A stretch of 64,000 nt of DNA. Source: Patescibacteria group bacterium. Lineage in GTDB: Bacteria > Patescibacteriota > Patescibacteriia > UBA1558 > GWA2-36-10. Location of the stretch: NCBI GenBank assembly GCA_041650755.1, contig JBAZKN010000002.1, positions 5,030-69,029 of the forward strand, given 5' to 3'. A model generated the notes under the pieces. That model was not told the origin of the DNA and searched no databases. It saw only the letters and a program-made list of their open reading frames with translations. Position numbers and translations under genes: made by a program. Below are positions 25,814 to 35,760 of this stretch, piece by piece; the stretch's first letter is position 1, and each line of letters opens with the position of its first letter.

Positions 25814-27550
25814 ATGGAGAACAGAAATAATTTGAGTTGGAAAATCGGTGGTGAGGCCGGTTTTGGCATAAAGTCGGCCGGCATAAGCCTTGGCAAAATT
25901 TTCATGAAAGCCGGTTATGAAGTTTTCGACTATACCGAATATCCATCTTTGATAAGGGGCGGGCACAATACTTACCAATTGATGATAGATAGTCAAAAGG
26001 TGAACGGCGTCAGTTTGGCGATAGATGTCCTGGTGGCCCTCAATCAGGAGACTATTACCAAGCATGCTGGTGAACTGGTAGACCAGGGCGTGATAATTTT
26101 TGATCACGAAAATATTGAGGCCAAAAATTTGAAATTAGACAAAAAAATAAACCTTTTGGGCGTGCCTTTGTCTGTTCTGGCAAATCAAGCTGGTGGCGAG
26201 TTGATGCGCAACGTAGTGGCTATGGGCGCCACCTTGGCTTTGGTTGGGCAGGATTTAGCGATTGCTAACCGAGTCATCAAAGACACTTTTCAGAGTAAGG
26301 GAGAGGGGGTTGTCAAAAATAATTTACAGGCGCTGTCTTTGGGTTTTGAATATGTCAAAAAGAATTACAGGCAAAAATTCATTTGTCATCTACCCACTAA
26401 GACTGATCACCATAATATCTTACTGGCTGCCAACGAAGCCATGGCCTTGGGGGCTTTGGCCGGCGGTTTAAATTTTTATGCTGGCTATCCCATGACGCCA
26501 TCTTCTTCAATTCTGCACTATTTGGCTGGTGTAGCCGAGTCAGCCAGTATAGTGGTGCGTCATGCGGAAGATGAAATATCAGTAATTAATATGGCTTTGG
26601 GGGCTGCTCATGTTGGCGCTCGGGCTATGATAGCTACTTCGGGCGGCGGTTTTGCCTTGATGGTAGAGGCTTTGGGTTTGGCTGGTATGACTGAGACTCC
26701 TCTGGTGATTATCAATGTTATGCGGCCTGGTCCAGCTACTGGTCTTCCTACCTGGACTGAGCAGGGTGATTTACAATTTGTCCTGCGGGCAGCTCAGGGA
26801 GATTTTCCCAGGATAATTTTGGCGCCTGGCGATGCAGAGGAGGCTTTTTATTTGACAGCCGAAGCCCTGAATTTAGCTGAAGTTTACCAGACGCCGGTGA
26901 TAATTTTATCGGACAAATTTATCGGTGAAGGTAATAGCACCGTGCCTAAATTTGACACCAAAAAAATTAAAATTGACAGAGGCAAATTATTGACCGAAGA
27001 GCAGCTCAAGAAGATCAAAGATTACCAGCGTTATCAGGTGACCAGTGACGGCATTTCTTCGCGCGCCTTGCCGGGCATGATAGGCGGCTTGTTTGTGGCC
27101 AATAGCGATGAGCATGATGTCTATGGCTTCGTGTCAGAAACATCGTCTGATCGCAAGCAGCAAGTAGACAAACGGCAGCGCAAATTGGAAACTATGGCCA
27201 AGAATTTGCCCGAGCCACCGGTACACGGTAATCTAAAAGGGCCAAAAACCATTGTTTTGTGGGGTTCGACCAAGGGCCCGGTTTTGGATGTATACAATTC
27301 TTTGCCGGCAGAGAAAAAAGCCGAGATCAAGATTTTGCAGCTTCAATATTTGTGGCCATTTCCGGTAGATTTTGTGGCAGAAATTTTGCGGAAGTCCAGC
27401 AAAGTTTTGTTAATAGAAAATAATAATAATGCTCAAGCCGGTCAATTAATTGCCCAAGAAACGGGGATCATTATTAAAGATAAATTATTAAAATATGATG
27501 GCCGCCCGTTTTTCAGGGAAGACTTGGTTGCGGCTTTAAATAAATTATAA
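25814..27550 (+). CDS. korA: 2-oxoacid:ferredoxin oxidoreductase subunit alpha
   Basis: GGEAGFG, YPSLIRGG, GYPMTPSS, EDEI, TSGGGF, RPGPATGLPT. Confidence 0.92.
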   Translation: MENRNNLSWKIGGEAGFGIKSAGISLGKIFMKAGYEVFDYTEYPSLIRGGHNTYQLMIDSQKVNGVSLAIDVLVALNQETITKHAGELVDQGVIIFDHENIEAKNLKLDKKINLLGVPLSVLANQAGGELMRNVVAMGATLALVGQDLAIANRVIKDTFQSKGEGVVKNNLQALSLGFEYVKKNYRQKFICHLPTKTDHHNILLAANEAMALGALAGGLNFYAGYPMTPSSSILHYLAGVAESASIVVRHAEDEISVINMALGAAHVGARAMIATSGGGFALMVEALGLAGMTETPLVIINVMRPGPATGLPTWTEQGDLQFVLRAAQGDFPRIILAPGDAEEAFYLTAEALNLAEVYQTPVIILSDKFIGEGNSTVPKFDTKKIKIDRGKLLTEEQLKKIKDYQRYQVTSDGISSRALPGMIGGLFVANSDEHDVYGFVSETSSDRKQQVDKRQRKLETMAKNLPEPPVHGNLKGPKTIVLWGSTKGPVLDVYNSLPAEKKAEIKILQLQYLWPFPVDFVAEILRKSSKVLLIENNNNAQAGQLIAQETGIIIKDKLLKYDGRPFFREDLVAALNKL

Positions 27551-27554
27551 AAAT

Positions 27555-28415
27555 ATGTTGACCGAAAAAGATTTTTTGACCCCAAATCGTCCGACTTGGT
27601 GCCCGGGCTGCGGTAATTATGCGATTTGGCTAGCACTGCGTCAGGCTCTGGCTGAACTAAATTTAGCCCCACACAATGTTTTGTTGGTTTTTGGCATTGG
27701 CTGTTCTGGCAATGGCTATAATTTTACTAAAGCTTATGCTTGGCACTCTTTGCATGGTCGCAGCGTGCCCACGGCCGTAGGCGCAAAACTGGCTAATAAA
27801 GATTTGACCGTGATTGCGCTGGCTGGCGACGGTGATGGCTATGGCGAGGGTTTAAATCATTTATTGCAAGCTATCCGCGGCAATGTTGATATTACTTATA
27901 TTGTGCATGATAACAAAGTTTATGGCCTGACTACCGGCCAAGCTTCGCCGACTTCAGATCAGGGCTTTGAGACAAAGTCTTCACCTCAAGGTACGACCGA
28001 CGAGGCCCTCAATCCTATTGCTCTATCTTTGGCTGGCGGCGCTAGCTTTGTAGCCAGAGGATTTTCCGGCCAAGCCCAGCATTTAAAAGAACTATTTAAA
28101 GCGGCTATTACTCACAAAGGTTTTTCTTTGGTTGATGTTTTCCAGCCCTGCGTGACTTTTAATAAGGTAAATACTTTTAAATGGTTTTTTGATCGATTAT
28201 ACAATTTGGATACGCAAGCCGCTTATGATAAGAAAAATTTAGGCAGCGCTCTAGAACAAAGCCTGATTTGGGGGGATAAAATTCCTTACGGCATTTTTTA
28301 TCAGAAAGATAAAAGAGAATTGACTGCTAGTCTACCGGTTTTATCTGGTGCAGCTTTAGCCAAGCGCCCGATGAATATACGAAATTTAGATAAGTGGCTG
28401 GCTGAATTTAGCTAA
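27555..28415 (+). CDS. korB: 2-oxoacid:ferredoxin oxidoreductase subunit beta
   Basis: WCPGCG, GIGCS, LHGR, GDGD, YGLT.GQ.SPT, QPCVTFN. Confidence 0.92.
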   Translation: MLTEKDFLTPNRPTWCPGCGNYAIWLALRQALAELNLAPHNVLLVFGIGCSGNGYNFTKAYAWHSLHGRSVPTAVGAKLANKDLTVIALAGDGDGYGEGLNHLLQAIRGNVDITYIVHDNKVYGLTTGQASPTSDQGFETKSSPQGTTDEALNPIALSLAGGASFVARGFSGQAQHLKELFKAAITHKGFSLVDVFQPCVTFNKVNTFKWFFDRLYNLDTQAAYDKKNLGSALEQSLIWGDKIPYGIFYQKDKRELTASLPVLSGAALAKRPMNIRNLDKWLAEFS

Positions 28416-28416
28416 T

Positions 28417-29223
28417 ATGAAAAATATTTTTTTTAGTAGACAGAACGGTGGGTTTTCTCTGGCAGAAATAGTGATAGTAGTGGCTATTTTGGCGATTTTG
28501 GGAGCAGTTATATTTTATTGGGTTGATCCAGCTGCCAAAGTGGGTACTGCTAGAGATAAAAAGCGCCAGCATGATGTTTTGGTGATTAGTGGCGCATTGT
28601 CTGATTATGTGCAGAAACATAAAGGAGCTCTGCCAGTTTTGGGCGCAGTGACCACCAATAAAAAAGTGCTTTGCTCCAGCCAAAGCGGCAGCAATCTGAC
28701 TTGCGATGGTACCTCACAGCTTTGTTTAGTAGTTGATGACCAAAACTTTTATGATAAATATTTGTCGGCCTTGCCGGTAGATCCGGAAAAAACCGATACC
28801 ACTGATACAGGGTATTATCTCCAGAAAGATTCAGATGGAAATTTGGTGGTTGGCGCTTGTACTTATACTGATTCAGCTATCAGCACCAAGCCGGGCATCA
28901 GGGTCAGCTGCACAGCTTATGCCGGCGGTCACTGCTGGTATGCGGGCATAGCTGGGCAGACTTGTGATACGGTTTGTGCTGCTCAAAGCCTGGTTTGTTC
29001 CTCGGGTGCGACCTATGGTCCCGATGTTTATACCGGCAATCATCCATTCTGCGTTTTAAATAAAGCCTTGGGGGCTACCTGCGGCACCAATTGTCAGGCT
29101 GGCACCAGTGATTACCCGCCTTCTTATACCAGTGACGGCTTGAGTTGTTGGACGCAAAGCAGTGCTATTGCCTGCGATAGTATTCGCGATGCGGGCGACA
29201 TCAACGCTTGCCCGTGCGAATAA
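28417..29223 (+). CDS. type IV pilin-like protein with Cys-rich C-terminal domain
   Basis: Prepilin site G/FSLAE + hydrophobic helix, ARD..R..D, LPVDP; 16 Cys. Confidence 0.8.
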   Translation: MKNIFFSRQNGGFSLAEIVIVVAILAILGAVIFYWVDPAAKVGTARDKKRQHDVLVISGALSDYVQKHKGALPVLGAVTTNKKVLCSSQSGSNLTCDGTSQLCLVVDDQNFYDKYLSALPVDPEKTDTTDTGYYLQKDSDGNLVVGACTYTDSAISTKPGIRVSCTAYAGGHCWYAGIAGQTCDTVCAAQSLVCSSGATYGPDVYTGNHPFCVLNKALGATCGTNCQAGTSDYPPSYTSDGLSCWTQSSAIACDSIRDAGDINACPCE

Positions 29224-29309
29224 TTTTAGAGTAAAACTTCAAGCCAAACTTGAAGTTTTTTGTTGTATTTTTTTGTGTTATAATAAAGCCATTATTTGAT
29301 TAAAATCTT

Positions 29310-31970
29310 ATGTTTTGGAAAAAAGTTTATCATCACGCCAGTTTTATATTTTTAGCTATTTTGCTTTTTGCCCAATGCTTGGTTTTGGTGGCCACTCAAG
29401 CCCGGCCAAAAGCCAGCTATGATTTGGCGGCTATTTTTATTGAGCCAATGCCTTATACCAGCTTGGCAATCGGCGATTCCGTCAGTCTACAGGCCAGATT
29501 ATCCAGTAAAGCGGCTAACAATTTTTCTTCGGTATATTTTATTGTTGCCAATGCTGATAAAAACATTAGTTTAAATTTTGAAGCAAGTAAGCAAGTTGAT
29601 GGCTCGTGGCTGGCTGACAGCACCTGGCAGACCACTGATTGGCCCGGAGCGATTTATCAAATTTCAGTCACAGCCAACATCACAGATGCCAATGGTCAGC
29701 TGATTGATAGCTTGAATTCTGCTCCGCAACTTGTTCAACTGGTGGATATGGGTACTGGAGAAAGTGTTTTGCCAGCAAAAACCAGTAGCGTTTCGACTAG
29801 CACCCAGGCAGCCGCTGATGAGTCCATGCCCCTCCCCACAAAGACAAACCAAACTACTTCTACGCCGCCGGATACTAGTTCGGATAATAGCCCCTCTAGT
29901 GATGCCAGCACACCGACCAGCACCAGTCCCACCAGTACTACCACCCCCAGTGATTCAGATAAAAACATAATTTTATTATCGCCGGCTAGCGGTAGTATTA
30001 TTAGTGATTCACAACTATCGGTGAAACTAACCACTAATTTTGAGGCTGACGTCGTCAGTGTGGAATTAATAAATACAAATAATGCAGCTATCAGTACCGG
30101 TAGTATAGATATAAATAAGGTGGATGGTTTGAGTTGGGACAAAACTCTCACCTTGGGCAACACTTTTATAGATGGCGACTATAAACTATTGGTATCGGCC
30201 GATCCAAAAGATGATATGGCAAGCATTGAAAAGGCGTTTGATTTTATGTTGGCTCTGACTGGCGCTGATACTGAAAATCAAGATTTAGCAATATCTTTGC
30301 TTAATATTGGTTCTAATTTATCTGGTTCAGTGACTTTGAGGGCTATGGCGACGGCTAATGCCAATAGCGCGGGATTTTTAATCACAAATTCTTTGACTGA
30401 TGCGGAAGTTTTACTGGCAGCTGGAGTCCGCAAGGCAAGTACTGCTAGTACAAGCAGTGAATATTTATATATTTGGGACACGAAAACCGCAGCTAATGGT
30501 AATTATTTTATCCAAGCTCTAGCCTATGCTGGCGGGAACACAGTCAAAAGCGAGAAAAAATTGATCAGTGTTTTTAATGAAACCACCGGCAATGAAGAAA
30601 TTGTCAGCTCCACCCAAGAAATAGAAGGCGAACCTACCGATATTCCAACCCCAGAGGAGCCAATTTCAGAACCGAGTGATAGTGGGCTAGATTGCGCAAA
30701 GTCAGGCATCGCCGATCAAATAGCCTGTGCTAAATTTATGGCTGAGTTGAGTGGAGTTTTCCCCAGTGCCTGCCTTAAGGCTGGCGTGTATGATGCTGAA
30801 GCCTGTGAACAATTTTTGAACCAAAGCCTTTCAGTAGAATGCCAGGAGCAGGGCATTACTGACGCTGAAAAGTGCAAGGATTATTTGATGCAAAAATATG
30901 CCAGCCAAGTAGTTTGTCAGCTGACAGCTACTAGCACTTGTGCTGATTTATTACGCGACGATTATTTGAATCGCCTAGCAGCCATTATCAAACAGCGAGA
31001 TTTTTTATCAAGCGCTACCGCGGCAGTATTAAATCAGACTTTATCAGTCACCGACCTTAATCAAAAATTAAAGGAAAGCGGCTTGTCAGAAGATCTGTCT
31101 ACTTTAGCCACCCCAGAATTGAAGGTTATGGTAGTCAAGGCTCAGGCAGAGACGATTTTGGCTGCAGATGATAAACTCGAAATTACGCCACCGGCCATTC
31201 TTTTGCCGGATAACGACAGTGATATGCTACCTAATGATTTGGAAAAATATTATGGCACTGATTTGAATAATGCTGACACTGACAATGATGGCTACAAAGA
31301 TGGAGAGGAAGTCAAAAATGCCTATAACCCCTTAGGCCAAGGCAAATTAGCTACTGTTAGGACAGTTTTAGACCAAATTATTTTAAGCAACTTGAGCCTA
31401 GAACAACCAAAAAGCTCTTCTGGACTGCTTTTGGATACCAACTGGCAAGTGATGGCGGCCGATTCTCAAAATGGCAACTTGGCTTTGAGCGGTCAAGCTG
31501 ATCCCGAAACTTGGGTCAATATTTATTTATATAGCGGCTTGCCCATATTGTTGACAACTAGAACTGATGCTAGCGGCAAGTGGACTTATGATTTGCCGGC
31601 TAATTTGAGTGAGGGTGTGCACCAAGCTTATGTAGCCATTAATGATGCTAGCGGCAAGATCATTAAGCAATCAGCCGCTTTGATATTTTCTGTGACAAAT
31701 TTATCCGCCCCAGCAGCCAGCGCCCAAGTCACTTTTACGGATGAATCTCCCGTCAAACCTAGTTTTCAATTTGTTTGGTGGTATTTTATTTTAGCCGGTG
31801 TAGCGGTCTTGATCGTGGCCTTAGTTATTATTTCGGTAGCTCGCCATCGTCGCCAAGAAGCGTTCCTATCGAGTAGTCAGCCTATCGCCGGAGCAGTTGA
31901 TAGCCGGGTCAATACCCAGACCATGCCCAGTACGCCTCCTAGTGATACGCCAACCGGTTTTCCTCAATAG
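29310..31970 (+). CDS. large surface protein (Ig-like domains, Ser/Thr linker, Ca-binding D-x-D repeats, C-terminal TM)
   Basis: Signal peptide, WDTKT..NG.Y, DNDSD..DTDNDGY.DG.E, C-terminal WWYFILAG anchor. Confidence 0.75.
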   Translation: MFWKKVYHHASFIFLAILLFAQCLVLVATQARPKASYDLAAIFIEPMPYTSLAIGDSVSLQARLSSKAANNFSSVYFIVANADKNISLNFEASKQVDGSWLADSTWQTTDWPGAIYQISVTANITDANGQLIDSLNSAPQLVQLVDMGTGESVLPAKTSSVSTSTQAAADESMPLPTKTNQTTSTPPDTSSDNSPSSDASTPTSTSPTSTTTPSDSDKNIILLSPASGSIISDSQLSVKLTTNFEADVVSVELINTNNAAISTGSIDINKVDGLSWDKTLTLGNTFIDGDYKLLVSADPKDDMASIEKAFDFMLALTGADTENQDLAISLLNIGSNLSGSVTLRAMATANANSAGFLITNSLTDAEVLLAAGVRKASTASTSSEYLYIWDTKTAANGNYFIQALAYAGGNTVKSEKKLISVFNETTGNEEIVSSTQEIEGEPTDIPTPEEPISEPSDSGLDCAKSGIADQIACAKFMAELSGVFPSACLKAGVYDAEACEQFLNQSLSVECQEQGITDAEKCKDYLMQKYASQVVCQLTATSTCADLLRDDYLNRLAAIIKQRDFLSSATAAVLNQTLSVTDLNQKLKESGLSEDLSTLATPELKVMVVKAQAETILAADDKLEITPPAILLPDNDSDMLPNDLEKYYGTDLNNADTDNDGYKDGEEVKNAYNPLGQGKLATVRTVLDQIILSNLSLEQPKSSSGLLLDTNWQVMAADSQNGNLALSGQADPETWVNIYLYSGLPILLTTRTDASGKWTYDLPANLSEGVHQAYVAINDASGKIIKQSAALIFSVTNLSAPAASAQVTFTDESPVKPSFQFVWWYFILAGVAVLIVALVIISVARHRRQEAFLSSSQPIAGAVDSRVNTQTMPSTPPSDTPTGFPQ

Positions 31971-31989
31971 ATTTTAAAAAAGCCCCGCA

Positions 31990-32643
31990 TTATTTGGTGG
32001 GGCTTTTTATTTTACGTAAAGCTTTTCTAATATCTGGGGCAGTCTGCAGATACTTACCTATGACGGCCATATCGGCGCCGGCATTTTTTATGCGCAGAAA
32101 ATTTTTGTCACTGATGCCGCCATCAACGGAGATTTTTTGCCGGGGGAATTTTTTTCTCAATTTTTTTATTTTCAAAATAGCCTTAGCGTGGAAGGCGCGG
32201 CCTTGGGCGCCGGATTTTATGCTCATCAGTTGAATGGTGTCAAAATACTTGGCTATTTTGGCGATTTTTTCTACCGGAGTGGTCAAATTTAGGCAAAGAC
32301 CGGTCTTTATTTTTTTCTTTTTTAGATAATCATTGAGGCAGAGGATGACGGCCAGATTTTTCTTAGCTTCGTAGTGCCAGATTATTTTTTTGACATTAGA
32401 TAATTTTTCCCAGAGATTTATATACTTAGCCACATCTCTGACCATGAGATGTATTTCTAGTTGATGCTGGCGGGTGATTTTTTTGACTGTAGCGGGGCGG
32501 AATTTAGTCTGGCCGCTGACAAATTTGCCATCCATGATGTCTAGTTGGATATAAGAAAAAAAAGGAGCAACTTTGCGCCATTGTCGGTAAAATTCTCTTT
32601 TGTTTTTGGCAAGGATTGCCGGAACAATTTTTATTTGCCTCAT
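31990..32643 (-). CDS. rpe: ribulose-phosphate 3-epimerase
   Basis: PAIL, QLDIMDGKFV, EIHLMV, G.QG, VDGGI. Confidence 0.88.
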   Translation of the reverse strand: MRQIKIVPAILAKNKREFYRQWRKVAPFFSYIQLDIMDGKFVSGQTKFRPATVKKITRQHQLEIHLMVRDVAKYINLWEKLSNVKKIIWHYEAKKNLAVILCLNDYLKKKKIKTGLCLNLTTPVEKIAKIAKYFDTIQLMSIKSGAQGRAFHAKAILKIKKLRKKFPRQKISVDGGISDKNFLRIKNAGADMAVIGKYLQTAPDIRKALRKIKSPTK

Positions 32644-33083
32644 CCGATTTTTTTTATGCGTCGGGCATGCCTTTCTTCTCCGGGAAAATCTGTTTTAAGA
32701 AAAGTCTCGACTAAGTGTACGCCTTGAGTAGTACTTAAGAAGCGGCCGGCCAAACAGAGGACATTGCTGTCGTTGTGCTCGCGTCCGACCATGACAGCGC
32801 TGACCGAGTAGCCTAAGATAGCCCGGACTTTTTTGAAGCGATTGGCGGCAATGCACATGCCGTGCCCGCTGCCGCAGATCAGTATGCCGAAATTTTTTGG
32901 CTGGCGGCTGATGGTCTGGGCAACCTTTTTGGCAAAATCAGGATAATCATCATCTGACGTTAGCGTGTCAGCGCCAAAGTCCACATAATTGATTTTGGTT
33001 TCAGATAAATATTGTTTGATAGCATTTTTCAAGCGCAAGCCAGCATGATCGGCCCCCAGATAAACTTTAAATTCTTTTTCCAT
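32640..33083 (-). CDS. rpiB: ribose-5-phosphate isomerase B
   Basis: GADHAG, DDYPD, CGSG.G, HND.NVLCL, RH.RRI. Confidence 0.92.
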   Translation of the reverse strand: MEKEFKVYLGADHAGLRLKNAIKQYLSETKINYVDFGADTLTSDDDYPDFAKKVAQTISRQPKNFGILICGSGHGMCIAANRFKKVRAILGYSVSAVMVGREHNDSNVLCLAGRFLSTTQGVHLVETFLKTDFPGEERHARRIKKIG

Positions 33084-33213
33084 AAGAATATTTTTACTTT
33101 TGTTTATATGGTTAAACTTTAGCATACTTTGGATTTTTTTACCATTGACGTAATGGCTGTTTATTGTTATACTTGGCTGTGTTTATTTGAAAAAATGGAC
33201 ATTTTACATATTA

Positions 33214-33240
33214 GCCCCGGTAGTTCAATGGATAGGAACA
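33214..33240 (+). pseudogene. 5' fragment of a tRNA-Arg-like gene
   Basis: GCCCCGGTAGTTCAATGGATAGGAACA resembles the 5' end of the tRNA at 33326 but is not continued. Confidence 0.55.
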
Positions 33241-33325
33241 TTAAGATATAAGTGCCTTCCCCCGCAAAATGTATGAGCGAAGCGAATACTATTTTGCGCG
33301 GTCCCGCAACACGAAATTTTTTTAA

Positions 33326-33400
33326 GCCCCTATAGTTCAACGGATAGAACAGCGGCCTTCTAAGCCGTCGATGTAGGTTCGATTCCTACTGGGGGCACCA
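33326..33400 (+). tRNA. tRNA-Arg(TCT)
   Basis: GCCCCTA acceptor, GCGGC-CTTCTAA-GCCGT, GTAGGTTCGATTCCTAC, CCA. Confidence 0.95.
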
Positions 33401-33514
33401 CCGATAGTTTTTGCGGGACTCCGCCAGTTGGCGGACTCGCAGAGAGAGTAAACCCCTGTGGTAATAGTAGTTATGCACCTTTACATTTTTTACCACAGAT
33501 GTTAATATATCCCC

Positions 33515-33958
33515 ATGACATGGGAATATATAGCAGGTTTTTTTGATGGCGAAGGATCCATAGTTTACAATGGTAGTGGTTTTAGATTAACAATCGCCCA
33601 AACGAACCTTACGGTGTTAGATAGTATAAGTAGGTTTACAAAAATTGGTCAGGTTATAAAGGTCACCAAACGTCAGGTTCACTGGAAAGATAGTTGGGTA
33701 TATTATATAAGCAAACAGGAAGACATTTTATTTTTTGTGAGACATATCCAAAATTTTTCAATAGTTAAAAAACAAAAAATAAATATAGTATTGCCGAGGC
33801 TCATAAAAGCAGTTTCCAATAATAGAGATAGGATTTTAAAGAGACAACTATTGACTAAATCAGCTAAAGCTCTGAGAAAAAATGGTTTAAGTTATAGAGA
33901 AATAGGCAAGAGATTAAATATGGATTTTGGACAAGCGCGTCGTTTGATAAAAAGATAA
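33515..33958 (+). CDS. free-standing single-motif LAGLIDADG protein with C-terminal HTH
   Basis: YIAGFFDGEGS, IAQT, IVKK; C-terminal LRKNGLSYREIGKRL helix-turn-helix. Confidence 0.85.
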   Translation: MTWEYIAGFFDGEGSIVYNGSGFRLTIAQTNLTVLDSISRFTKIGQVIKVTKRQVHWKDSWVYYISKQEDILFFVRHIQNFSIVKKQKINIVLPRLIKAVSNNRDRILKRQLLTKSAKALRKNGLSYREIGKRLNMDFGQARRLIKR

Positions 33959-33970
33959 GATTATTTACAT

Positions 33971-34048
33971 GGTGGCAGTAGCTCAGTTGGTTAGAGCATC
34001 GGGTTGTGGTCCCGGCGGTCGTGGGTTCGAGACCCATCTGCCACCCCA
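33971..34048 (+). tRNA. tRNA-His(GTG)
   Basis: G-1 GTGGCAG acceptor, TCGGG-TTGTGGT-CCCGG, GGTTCGAGACC, C discriminator + CCA. Confidence 0.95.
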
Positions 34049-34086
34049 TCGAAGATCCTGAGCGAACGTAGTGAGTCGAAGGATCA
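34043..34086 (+). repeat. 44-bp direct repeat, copy 1 (tRNA-His 3' end + hairpin)
   Basis: accccatcgaagatcctgagcgaacgtagtgagtcgaaggatca, identical to 35761-35804. Confidence 0.9.
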
Positions 34087-34350
34087 AAAAACACCCAATT
34101 TTCTTTGAGTGTTTTTTGTTCGTTATAATTTGACTAAATATATAATAATTGCTATAGTATCTTGTTGTTTTTCATATATTTCGTAGTCTGCTTTTTGTTT
34201 ATTTATATGAGTAAAAAGCAGGCTAAGAAAACGCTTAGTCTTTGTTCCGTTAAATAATTTTTTGTGTACGAAGGGGGGTGAACCAGACCGTTGTTCTGTC
34301 GGCAATCTCGTGTGCTAGGGTTCTGGATTCATTCAAGGAGGTATGGGAGG

Positions 34351-35613
34351 ATGTCGACCATGCTGCAATCCCAGGTCATCGAAAGGCTTCTGAAGTACGC
34401 GCGGGTCAACACCCGTTCGCTTCAGGCCATGCCGGGCGAGGAGCTCCCTCACCCAAGCAGTCCGGAGCAGGTGGTCTTGATCGACCTGTTGCTCTCCGAG
34501 CTGTCCGACATGGGGGTGCCGTCCAACTGGACCAGGAAGCTCGAAGACGCTTCGTTCCTGATCGAGATCCCCGCGACCGAGGGCCACGAGAACGCCCCGC
34601 ACGTCGTTCTGGCTGCGCACGTGGACACCTACTTCGGCTGTCCCGGCGGGGCCAACCCGATCATCCACGAGTACCAGGGCGGCGACATCGCGCTCCCGAA
34701 CGACAACGTGGTCATCCCGGCCTCGGACCTTGCCGGTCTCGAGGGCAAGGGGATCATCACCGCTGACGGCACCACGCTGCTCGGTGGCGACGACAAGTGC
34801 GGAGTCGCGGCCATCATGACCTTCATCGAGAGCATGCTGGCTCACAATCTGCCGCACGGTCCGCTGACCATCTGGATCTGTACCGACGAGGAGGTCGGCG
34901 AGGTCGGCGTGAAGTTCCTGCCTTCGGGCACGGCGGAGAAGTGGGACTTCTTCTGGACCGTGGACGGGGAGCGTCTCGAAGTCGTGGACATTGGCTGTTT
35001 CTACGGCTCCTCGGTCGACGTCGAGTTCATCGGCAACGATTCCCATCCGGGTGTCTCCGGCCACTCGCTCAAGCCCGCCCACTACGCCGCCTGTCGCTTC
35101 GTGGATCAGCTCGGCCTGGCGCCGACGCCCTGGCGGACCAGCGGCGAGGAGTCGTTCATCTACGTGCCCTCTCTGCCCGCCTGCACGGCCGGCAAGTCGA
35201 CGATCAAGGTCTTCCCGCGTACCTTCCGCCAGGAAGAGATCCCTGAGATGCGGGAGACGATCCGGCTCGTGGCCGAGGAGGCGGCTTCGCACTACGGCGT
35301 CCAGGCCGTGGTCAGTGAGGCCAAGATCCTCTACGTCTCCACCGAGGTCGCGATCGACCAGAACCGCCACCTGTTGCAGCCGGGTCTGGACGCGATCCGG
35401 AAGTTCTGGGTCGAGCCCAAGCTGCATCGCGTGCGCGCTGGCACCGACGGCGCCATGCTGAACATGACGTACCCGAAGATCCCGTCGCCGAACATGGGAG
35501 CCGGGGCCCGCAACTTGCACGGCGTTCGCGAGTTCGTCGTGCGGGAAGAGCTCCAGCTCGTCCCGGAGATCATCTCCGAGATGATCGGAATCTACGCGAC
35601 CATGTCGCGCTGA
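34351..35613 (+). CDS. pepT: peptidase T (M20B tripeptidase), GC-rich
   Basis: AHVDT, DGTTLLGGDDK.G, DEE.G, TVDG, RAGTDGA, NLHG..E; AAGGAGG SD (start 34351 or 34360). Confidence 0.88.
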   Translation: MSTMLQSQVIERLLKYARVNTRSLQAMPGEELPHPSSPEQVVLIDLLLSELSDMGVPSNWTRKLEDASFLIEIPATEGHENAPHVVLAAHVDTYFGCPGGANPIIHEYQGGDIALPNDNVVIPASDLAGLEGKGIITADGTTLLGGDDKCGVAAIMTFIESMLAHNLPHGPLTIWICTDEEVGEVGVKFLPSGTAEKWDFFWTVDGERLEVVDIGCFYGSSVDVEFIGNDSHPGVSGHSLKPAHYAACRFVDQLGLAPTPWRTSGEESFIYVPSLPACTAGKSTIKVFPRTFRQEEIPEMRETIRLVAEEAASHYGVQAVVSEAKILYVSTEVAIDQNRHLLQPGLDAIRKFWVEPKLHRVRAGTDGAMLNMTYPKIPSPNMGAGARNLHGVREFVVREELQLVPEIISEMIGIYATMSR

Positions 35614-35760
35614 TCCGCCATCGTGAGAGGTTCGCAACCCAAACTGCCGTCTCAACAATCCTTGCAGGTGAGAGATGGCGTTTTCATTTATTTAAAATTG
35701 TAGATAGGGTATATGATAAGTATTTGAAATTAGTATAGTCCCGATACGTTTTACGACGCG

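Noticed and set aside
33401-33970. Group I intron in a tRNA hosting the LAGLIDADG gene
   Set aside because: Both flanking tRNAs are complete, there is no room for P7/P9 after the ORF, and no matching 3' exon was found for the 33214 stub
34123-34305. 60-aa minus-strand ORF inside the tRNA-His islet
   Set aside because: Straddles the AT/GC boundary with no SD or motif; at most a gene remnant
34333-35658. 441-aa antisense ORF over pepT (likewise 23943-24950 and 16441-16941)
   Set aside because: Shadow frames expected from strong GC3 bias; no motifs or SD, while the sense strand has clear family motifs
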